Source: Clostridia bacterium
GTDB taxonomy: Bacteria > Bacillota > Clostridia > Christensenellales > UBA1242
DNA: 64,000 nucleotides
Assembly: GCA_017621525.1 (NCBI GenBank)
Contig: JAGASX010000011.1
Span: forward strand, 47,865 to 111,864
Direction of reading: 5' to 3'
The first letter of the stretch is position 1. Every line of letters begins with the position of its first letter. The notes beneath the pieces were generated by a model, which had not been told where the DNA came from, made no database searches, and worked only from the letters and a program-made list of their open reading frames with translations. A program made the position numbers and the translations under genes. Positions 57,025-64,000 of the stretch are shown piece after piece.

Positions 57025-57124
57025 TTTAGCCCCCTAAATTGCTTTAAGTATATCATAAAAAATGTTTATTGGCTATTGATTTAATATACAATTTAAAAAT
57101 TTTAAAAAAATATGTAAATAAAAC

Positions 57125-57176
57125 TTGACATTTGATACGAGTGAGCGTATAATAAAAATGTAAAGGAAACTTTACA
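57125..57176 (+). promoter_or_regulatory. Consensus promoter plus operator palindrome for the membrane-protein/XRE operon
   Basis: TTGACA (57125-57130), 17 nt, TATAAT (57148-57153). Perfect inverted repeat TGTAAAG-GAAA-CTTTACA at 57159-57176. Confidence 0.65.
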
Positions 57177-57188
57177 AAAGGAGGTTTT

Positions 57189-57521
57189 ATGGAAAAGGAA
57201 GAAATTTTGGAAAGGGCAACCAAGAAAAAAGCGTTGGTTGGAGAAATGGAAAAGGCAAAAATTAACAAATCTTGTTGGATTGGCAATATTGTTGCTGTGA
57301 TTGTCGCTGTTGCTTTTATGGTTATTGAAGGAGCAATTGGACATTTTACCGCAATTTACGCAATTGCATCTATTTGCATGATTTGGGCAAGTGTGTTTTA
57401 TTTCTGCCAATACTTTATTGCAAAAAGGCCATGGCCGGTGCTTTTAGGCGCGATACTTGAAGGGCTTGGTGCAATGGCTATGTTGACATTTTACATTCTT
57501 TTTGCGGTTGGGGTTTTATAA
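57189..57521 (+). CDS. Small membrane protein (three TM helices) co-transcribed with an XRE regulator
   Basis: GGAGG RBS. Its stop overlaps the regulator's ATG (TAATG). Confidence 0.6.
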   Translation: MEKEEILERATKKKALVGEMEKAKINKSCWIGNIVAVIVAVAFMVIEGAIGHFTAIYAIASICMIWASVFYFCQYFIAKRPWPVLLGAILEGLGAMAMLTFYILFAVGVL

Positions 57522-57727
57522 TGGATAGTGAATTGATATTAAAAAATAATCTTAAAGAAAAAAGGATTAAAAAAGGACTTTCACAAGAAGAACTTGCAAA
57601 ACTTGTTGGCACCACCCGACAAACAATTATATCCATAGAAAAGAATTTGTTTAACCCATCAGCAAAACTTGCACTTTTGCTTTGTACGGCGTTGGATGAA
57701 AAGTTTGAAAACTTATTTTACTTTTAA
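57521..57727 (+). CDS. XRE-family HTH transcriptional regulator (68 aa)
   Basis: HTH LKEKRIKKGLSQEELAKLVGTTRQTIISIEKN. Confidence 0.85.
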   Translation: MDSELILKNNLKEKRIKKGLSQEELAKLVGTTRQTIISIEKNLFNPSAKLALLLCTALDEKFENLFYF

Positions 57728-57752
57728 AAAAGAGGGTTTGCCCCTCTTTTTT
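57726..57752. terminator. Bidirectional intrinsic terminator
   Basis: AGAGGG-TTTG-CCCCTCT stem flanked by A6 and T6. Confidence 0.6.
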
Positions 57753-59463
57753 AGAACTTGCATCTTGAATTACAGCATAAATAAATTATTTGATAGTCAG
57801 AGGCAAGTTCTTTTAAAAACTCCCCTGCCTTTTTCATGTTTTCATCATCAAGGTTTACAAAGGTATCATCAAGCACGATAAATGGTTTTTCCTTTTTGTA
57901 TATTTCTTTTAAAAGGTAAATTCTTACGCAGAAAGACAAAATATCTTGGTAGCCTTGGCTTGAATATTCCTTTTCTTTTACACCAGACAAGGCAACTTCT
58001 TTTACATCAAAGTTTCCATCAATGATAAACTGTCTGCCTCGCACTTCAAACTTGGATAAAATATCTTTAAGCGCCTTATTAGCGGGCTGAACAAATCTGT
58101 TTGAAATATTTTCACCGGCCTGCAATAAAAAGTTTTGTGTGGCAGTCAAAAGTTGCATTTTTCTTGTCGAATTTGCGTAACTTTCTTCATTTAAAAGTAT
58201 ATGTGAGGCAATCTCGTCTATTTTGTCTTGATTTCTTTCACTTTCTGTTATTAAAAACTCTCTTTCTTTTAAAGCATTTTGAAGCGCCATTCGCAAATCA
58301 AATAATTGTGCATTTATTGTGTCAACCATTGCAAAGTTTGGCGACTGGATATTTTGATATGCTTTAAGGTTGTCTTTGATTATTGAAAGTTGTTGATTTT
58401 TTACATCAAGTTGGTTTTGAATTTCGGTGTTCTGTTGTGGTTGTTGAGTATTTTGCGGTTTATGCAAAAAGAAAATTCCCACGCAAGCAATTGCAAGCAT
58501 ACACACTGCAATTATTATTGAAATTGGCAGGCTTATGGTTTTTAATATGCCTAATACCACGCAAGACACGGCGCCTATTAAGCCCAAAATTATCATTATA
58601 ATTGCAGGTATTGTAAGCGGTTTTTGAGGCTTTGTCTGTGGCTGAATTTGATTGAGTTGAAGTAAAAGATTGTTGACCTCTTCCTGTTTTACCCTTAAAT
58701 CATCTTCCATTTTTTGCTTTATACTGAATTGCTGCATGGCAAAGTCATATTCTTCTTTTGCTTTTTGAGAATTCACTTCAAGTGCTTTTATTTTGTTTTG
58801 ATATTCATCAATTTGGGCTGTTAAATTTTCTATCTTGTTTTGATTATTTTGTATGTTGGCTTGAAGGTTTTGAAATTCAATACGCAGGTTTTCTGTTTTT
58901 GACTTATCGCCTTTCTCTTTTTTTACCTCTGTAAGTTTTTTCTTTATTTGAGAAATTGCACCTTTTAAATTTGCAAGGTCATTTTTAAATTTATCAAGTC
59001 CCAAAAGGTTTGCAGACGTTTCATCATTTGTGGTAACAGCAAAATTCAATTGTGGGAAAAACGCTGTGGTTTGAAAAGTTTCCCTGCCAATTTCAAATAA
59101 AACCTCCCCAATTTCTTTCCCTTGTAAGTCGACAACTTTATTTGTTGCCAAATTTAACAGTTGACAAAAATCACCCTCCGGAGTTTTTGCAAAATTTCTT
59201 GTTATGCGGTAAGGCGTATTCTGGCTTTCAAATTCCACATAACCGCCATACGTTCCACCCTGCCAAGGCGTGTATTTTTTTCTTTCGGTTTTTATATTCT
59301 CTCGTGATGCCGTCATGCCATAAAACATGGCCTTTATGAAAATTGACAAGGTTGTTTTGCCATATCCATTTTCATAGCAAAATTGGTTGATACCATCTTG
59401 AAAATCAATGGTTATGTTTTGAAGTTTTCCAAAATTTTGTATGTATATTTTTGTTATTTTCAT
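57751..59463 (-). CDS. SbcC/Rad50-like AAA ATPase of the YhaN type, with two central TM helices inside the coiled coil
   Basis: Walker A ENGYGKTT, long coiled coil, hydrophobic hairpin (IPAIIMIILGLIGAVSCVVLG / LPISIIIAVCMLAIACVGIFFL), signature-like SQGYQD, Walker B FIVLDD. Confidence 0.75.
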   Translation of the reverse strand: MKITKIYIQNFGKLQNITIDFQDGINQFCYENGYGKTTLSIFIKAMFYGMTASRENIKTERKKYTPWQGGTYGGYVEFESQNTPYRITRNFAKTPEGDFCQLLNLATNKVVDLQGKEIGEVLFEIGRETFQTTAFFPQLNFAVTTNDETSANLLGLDKFKNDLANLKGAISQIKKKLTEVKKEKGDKSKTENLRIEFQNLQANIQNNQNKIENLTAQIDEYQNKIKALEVNSQKAKEEYDFAMQQFSIKQKMEDDLRVKQEEVNNLLLQLNQIQPQTKPQKPLTIPAIIMIILGLIGAVSCVVLGILKTISLPISIIIAVCMLAIACVGIFFLHKPQNTQQPQQNTEIQNQLDVKNQQLSIIKDNLKAYQNIQSPNFAMVDTINAQLFDLRMALQNALKEREFLITESERNQDKIDEIASHILLNEESYANSTRKMQLLTATQNFLLQAGENISNRFVQPANKALKDILSKFEVRGRQFIIDGNFDVKEVALSGVKEKEYSSQGYQDILSFCVRIYLLKEIYKKEKPFIVLDDTFVNLDDENMKKAGEFLKELASDYQIIYLCCNSRCKF

Positions 59464-60497
59464 AAATTGATTTCTTCACCTTTTAAGGCTTCAAGCCCAA
59501 TTTCGCAAATTAGTTTTTTATCTTCTTGTGGCAGGTCGCTGTTTTCTACCAAAGTGATAAATTCATATTTGAATGAAAGTTTTTCTTGTTTTATTTTCTC
59601 TATATCAAGTTTTAAAGTGCTTTCATCTTTTAATTCAAAATAAAAGAAGTGATTAAAATGCTGTTTTATATATTCAAGTGATTTTTCCGAACTTTCATCA
59701 TAACTACCCTTTAAAACAACGCGGACAATATCTTTTGTTGAAATTGAATTTTGCAGTATTGTTTCTTCTATTTCTTTTATAATTTGTGTTGAGTTTTGGC
59801 AGGAAGAAATATCACATTCGCAAATCATATAGCGTCTGGTAGCAAAAGGCTTAAATTCAACCTTTTCCACTTTTTTATCCTCTATTACAACCTGCAAAAA
59901 GCCTTTATCACCACATTCATCAAAGCCGTTTGAAAACAGGCTTCCGCTGTAAGCAAAAATGTTGTTATCCTTCTTATATTTTTTCATTTGATGAATGTGC
60001 CCCATGGCGATGTATGTGAATTTACAAGGGAAATATTTATTTATATTTACATAGTCATTGTCGCCCATTGTTTCTATATTGCCGTGTAAAAGAAGAACAT
60101 TTGTTTGTGATTGGTCGATAGTTTGCCCTTCAATTTGTGAGTAAAAATTAACATTATTTATAGTAATTGAAGGGTTGCTTTTGCTTAAAATATGAAAGTT
60201 TTGGGGTATGATTTTGTCAGCAAAAATATTTTCATCATGATTTCCTTGAACATAAAGGACAGGTCTTGCAAAGTTTTTTACGGCAGTAACAAAGGCGTTA
60301 TATAGTTTTTGTGAAACCGATTTTGAGTGAAAAAGGTCGCCACAAATTAACACAACATCATATCCTTGCGAATATGCCTCATCAAAAAAACATTGAAGGT
60401 TTATAAACCCCTCTTCTCTTAAAACTTTTTGTTGGTATGCTGGCAATTTTAGGTTTTTGCTACCCAAGTGCCAATCTGCTGAATGTAATATTTTCAT
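59460..60497 (-). CDS. SbcD/Mre11-like metallophosphoesterase (YhaO type)
   Basis: ILHSADWHLG, CGDLFH, GNHD, MGHIH motifs. Start at ATG 60497 after GAGGAAACA. ATGA overlap with the ATPase gene. Confidence 0.85.
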   Translation of the reverse strand: MKILHSADWHLGSKNLKLPAYQQKVLREEGFINLQCFFDEAYSQGYDVVLICGDLFHSKSVSQKLYNAFVTAVKNFARPVLYVQGNHDENIFADKIIPQNFHILSKSNPSITINNVNFYSQIEGQTIDQSQTNVLLLHGNIETMGDNDYVNINKYFPCKFTYIAMGHIHQMKKYKKDNNIFAYSGSLFSNGFDECGDKGFLQVVIEDKKVEKVEFKPFATRRYMICECDISSCQNSTQIIKEIEETILQNSISTKDIVRVVLKGSYDESSEKSLEYIKQHFNHFFYFELKDESTLKLDIEKIKQEKLSFKYEFITLVENSDLPQEDKKLICEIGLEALKGEEINL

Positions 60498-60543
60498 TGT
60501 TTCCTCTTGATTTAAGTATACAAAATTTTTATAAAAACGCAAA

Positions 60544-60568
60544 CAAAAAAAGAGGTTTTTAGCCTCTT
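60544..60568 (-). terminator. Intrinsic terminator after the DUF4097-like gene
   Basis: Minus-sense AGAGG..CCTCT stem followed by T7. Confidence 0.55.
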
Positions 60569-61980
60569 TAATTTGCTTCTATTATTGAAACGTTAACTTT
60601 GCCGTCTGTGATGATTTTTGCGATATTTGTGCCACCATTGATTGTAAGTGGGTTTGTAAATTTCTGTTTAAGAAATTCTATGTTTATATTATCTGTTCTA
60701 TCTTTACCCTCTGCGTTGTAAATTGCAAGCACGAATTTCAAGTTGTCTTTTACAGCCAAATTAACTTCGCCTTTTGTTGAAGTTATATCTATTTGGTTTT
60801 TGATTGTTGAGCAATCAAACTTCACATCAATTTTGCCTTTGGTTGTTTTCACTTTAAAATCATCTGCATATGTGTGCATTGTTATTGCACCTGTTGTTGT
60901 TTCGATATCTGCATAGGCATAAGTTTTGCCCAAAGTTACACTTCCAGAAGTAGCATGAATGTAACAAGCACCTTTATCTGTAATTTCTTCAATTTCAATT
61001 TTTGAAGCGTTGGCAAATGGCAAACTTATTGCACCTGAAACTCTGCCTATTGTGATTGACGCCGATTTCATTTGCTTATTTGAATCATTTGCAACCAAAT
61101 TGCCATTGATGTTGGACACTTCAAGTATACCTTTATTGATTGAAAGGTCTACACCTGCATTGATTGCGTTCGCTGTAAGTTTTGAATTGTTTATATCAAA
61201 CACTACCTTTTGGTTTGAAAGCGTTAAATCTTGCATTTTTATATCGCCAGAAGTTGAATGAAGTTCAAAAGAATTGGCAACTTCAAGATTTTTATTTATT
61301 TGAATATTACCCTTTGTTGATTTGATGAATATATCATTGAAATTTCCGTTGATATGTGAGAACAAGAACACCCTACCACTGTTTGTTTTTACACTGAATG
61401 AATTAAGGTCGATTTCATTACTGCCAACAGTTGTGATTCTTATGTTGTTGCCAATATAAATATCGCCAGAAGTATTTGTGATGTCTACCTTTGTGTCTGC
61501 AAGAGCGTAAGATGAATGAATTGGCACAGCAACTGTGATTGTTATATCTTTGGAAAGATACAAAAAGCCAACAGGTTCTGTAACTTTTACATTTAAAATT
61601 GTGTTTTCAGGGTTTGCATAGGTAACTGTGTAAGTAAAGTCTGTATTTTGCCCCTCTTTTGCAAAGCCTTTTGTGTTGTTTGTGATTATGATTGCATTGT
61701 TGTCTATATTGTCATATCTTTCTACGCGAACATCTGCATAGTTGCAATCAATATTGATTTGTTGAATTTTTGAAAAATCAAAAATTTCTCCGTTATCAGC
61801 ATTTGTTACGTTATACACATAATCTTCCGATTGATATAAAAAGTACTTAAGCCCTAAAACATTTTTGAAGGGAGAAAAAAGCATAATGGTAACAAAAATC
61901 ATAAATGCTGCGACGAGAGCGATAAACAGCACAAGCAAATATGTGGTGAAACCCTTTCTTATTTTTCCTTTTTTTGCCAT
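60568..61980 (-). CDS. Membrane-anchored beta-helical repeat protein (DUF4097/putative adhesin-like)
   Basis: N-terminal Lys-rich segment plus TM helix, then degenerate repeats (..TSGDI.., ..STSGDIKM.., ..ATSGSVTL.., ..TTKGKIDV.., ..STKGEVNL..). Confidence 0.6.
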   Translation of the reverse strand: MAKKGKIRKGFTTYLLVLFIALVAAFMIFVTIMLFSPFKNVLGLKYFLYQSEDYVYNVTNADNGEIFDFSKIQQINIDCNYADVRVERYDNIDNNAIIITNNTKGFAKEGQNTDFTYTVTYANPENTILNVKVTEPVGFLYLSKDITITVAVPIHSSYALADTKVDITNTSGDIYIGNNIRITTVGSNEIDLNSFSVKTNSGRVFLFSHINGNFNDIFIKSTKGNIQINKNLEVANSFELHSTSGDIKMQDLTLSNQKVVFDINNSKLTANAINAGVDLSINKGILEVSNINGNLVANDSNKQMKSASITIGRVSGAISLPFANASKIEIEEITDKGACYIHATSGSVTLGKTYAYADIETTTGAITMHTYADDFKVKTTKGKIDVKFDCSTIKNQIDITSTKGEVNLAVKDNLKFVLAIYNAEGKDRTDNINIEFLKQKFTNPLTINGGTNIAKIITDGKVNVSIIEAN

Positions 61981-62068
61981 AATTCCTCCATAGTTGCCCC
62001 TACAACCATTCTATGCAATTATTATATCATATATTTTTGTAAATTACAATAGCAATTTGCAATGATTA

Positions 62069-63886
62069 TCAATCAAGAATTGCCTTTATACGACGAATTC
62101 CGCTTGAAGAGGACTCTTCCTTTACAATTTTAAAGTGGTGAAGGTCTTTTGTGTTTTCTGCGTGAGGCCCTCCACAAATTTCTTTACTTACACCTTCAAT
62201 GGTATAAACCTTTACTTCCGAGCCATATTTATTTGTGAAAATGCCCTCTGCGCCCTCTGCTTTTGCCTCTTCAACTGTCATTGTTTTGCAAACAACAGGT
62301 ATTTCTTTTGCAATTGCATCGTTTACAAAATTTTCTATCTCTTCAATTTCTTCTTTTGTCATTTTGTGGTCGAGATTGAAGTCAAAACGAAGTCTTTCAG
62401 GTGTTATGTTGGAACCGCGTTGTTTAACATCTTTGCCATACTTCTTTTGAAGTCCCGCCAAAAGAAGGTGTGTTGCTGTGTGCAAGTATGCAGATTGTTT
62501 TGAGTCATCAGCAAGTCCGCCCTTAAACATACCAGCAGACGCTTGGCGTGATTTCTCTTGATGTTCTTTAAATCTTTCTTGAAATTCATTTTCATCAACT
62601 TCATAACCGCGTTCAAGTGCAAGTTCTTTTGTAAGTTCAAATGGGAAGCCGAATGTGTCGTAAAGTCTGAATACAGCCTTTCCTCCAAGTTTGTTTTCGA
62701 CTGTTTGACCGTTTTTCGCTGCAAATTCTTTATGTTTTTCAATTCCGGCAATCACCTTTTCAAATTCCTTATGTCCCTCTTCGATTGCCTTTGAAAATTT
62801 TTCTACTTCTTTGCCAAGTTCTTCCTTGATAAATTCTCGTTTTGAAGCAATATCTTCATAGTCTTGCCCATATTCATCAACATAAATATCTGCAATTTCT
62901 GCAAAATGTTTGCAATCAAATTTGATGTTTCTTGCACAATTGATTGCACGACGAATAAATCTTCTTAAAATATAGCCTTGACCAACGTTTGAAGGAGTTA
63001 CGCCACGTTCATCACCCAAAATGAATACAGAAGAACGAAGGTGGTCGGTGATGATGCGATAAAATCTTGTTGCTTTTTCGCTTTCCTCATATCCTACGCC
63101 AGCATATTGAGCGATAAAATCTATCACGCGTTTAAGGCAACCGCTATCATACACGCTTTTGGCGCCGTTAAGAACGGCGACTGTTCTTTCAAGCCCCATG
63201 CCTGTATCAATGTTTGGACGTGGGAGTTTTTCTGCCTTTTCACCAGCATTTTTAACAAGGTATTGCATGAAAACGTCATTCCAAATTTCAAGATATTTTC
63301 CGCAATCGCAAGCCGGAGAGCAAGTTTCACAGCATTTTGGCTTGCCTGTGTCATAAAACATTTCGGTATCTGGTCCGCAAGGGCCTACACCACCACCAAG
63401 AGCCCACCAGTTGTTTTCTTTTGGTAGGAAGAAAATTTCTTTCATGCCACACTCTTTCCAAGCGTTGAAAGCCTCGTCATCGCGTGGCGCAACTTCATCA
63501 CCTGCAAAAACTGTTACGGCAAGGCGTTCCACCGGTATATTTAAGTATTCTGGGCTTGTCAAAAATTCAAAAGAAAGTTTTATCATTTCCTTTTTATCGC
63601 AAGTGCCCAGCGTCCAGTTGCCTAACATTTCAAAAAGAGTAAGGTGGCTGTTGTCGCCAACTTCATCTATATCATTTGTTCTAATGCATCTTTGGACATC
63701 ATAAATCTTTTCGCCATAAGGGTGTTTTTCGCCAAGAAGGTATGGAACAAGTGGGTGCATTCCAGCAGTTGTAAAAAGAACTGTTGGGTCATTTTCTGGA
63801 ATGATTGAATAGCCCGGTATTTTTTTAAAGCCATGTTTTGTGAAAAATTTATTCCATAATTCTTTAAGTTGTCTATCTGTTTTCAT
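62069..63886 (-). CDS. alaS: Alanine--tRNA ligase, compact form ending after the editing domain (no C-Ala domain)
   Basis: Class II AlaRS N-terminus (DPTVLFTTAGMHP, RCIRTNDIDEVG, FEMLGNW). Editing motifs HTATHLL and CGGPH. Start at ATG 63886 after GGAG. Confidence 0.88.
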   Translation of the reverse strand: MKTDRQLKELWNKFFTKHGFKKIPGYSIIPENDPTVLFTTAGMHPLVPYLLGEKHPYGEKIYDVQRCIRTNDIDEVGDNSHLTLFEMLGNWTLGTCDKKEMIKLSFEFLTSPEYLNIPVERLAVTVFAGDEVAPRDDEAFNAWKECGMKEIFFLPKENNWWALGGGVGPCGPDTEMFYDTGKPKCCETCSPACDCGKYLEIWNDVFMQYLVKNAGEKAEKLPRPNIDTGMGLERTVAVLNGAKSVYDSGCLKRVIDFIAQYAGVGYEESEKATRFYRIITDHLRSSVFILGDERGVTPSNVGQGYILRRFIRRAINCARNIKFDCKHFAEIADIYVDEYGQDYEDIASKREFIKEELGKEVEKFSKAIEEGHKEFEKVIAGIEKHKEFAAKNGQTVENKLGGKAVFRLYDTFGFPFELTKELALERGYEVDENEFQERFKEHQEKSRQASAGMFKGGLADDSKQSAYLHTATHLLLAGLQKKYGKDVKQRGSNITPERLRFDFNLDHKMTKEEIEEIENFVNDAIAKEIPVVCKTMTVEEAKAEGAEGIFTNKYGSEVKVYTIEGVSKEICGGPHAENTKDLHHFKIVKEESSSSGIRRIKAILD

Positions 63887-64000
63887 AATTTCTCCATATT
63901 TCAAAAATTTTCATTATTTTAGCACATTTTATTGCAAAAATCAAACATTTACGTCATTTAATAAATTGTATCTTGCAAATATAGTCCGCAAGCTGGCATT

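Overview
This is a visibly AT-rich chromosomal segment from an endospore-forming Firmicute (Clostridia-like). It is mostly minus-strand housekeeping genes: aspS, clpX-clpP-tig, gap, rpiB plus a YwlE-like phosphatase, rsfS, yhbY, obg, nth, lysS, pnp-rpsO, a long RSH with recJ, sigA-dnaG, lgt, valS and alaS. Sporulation genes are interleaved: spoIIP, yunB, spoVAC-AD-AE and spoIIAA-spoIIAB-sigF. There are three ABC transporter genes, an SPFH/NfeD pair, a YhaO/YhaN-like nuclease/ATPase pair and two small XRE modules. Ten tRNA genes lie in three clusters. No IS element, integrase, CRISPR array, rRNA or recognisable prophage was seen. The features ordinary annotation does not explain are mostly RNA-level. 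(1) Three tRNA genes (two tRNA-Leu, one tRNA-Phe) are each followed by a short structured module ending in a second copy of that tRNA's 3' end including CCA; the two Leu-linked modules share a conserved GTAA-capped hairpin. (2) A strongly GC-rich block of three similar hairpin modules sits where a valS T-box leader would be expected, behind a promoter whose spacer holds a 10-nt G/C homopolymer. (3) Two tRNAs have odd anticodon loops (Leu with A34, Phe with A33). Protein-level oddities include a Rho-like protein without a P-loop, a long RSH with no recognisable hydrolase motifs, a bactofilin-like protein built from ten 17-residue repeats, a compact AlaRS without the C-Ala domain, and a three-operator XRE switch facing a 40-codon hydrophobic peptide gene. 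All functional calls come from reading the translations and DNA by eye. No database search was run.
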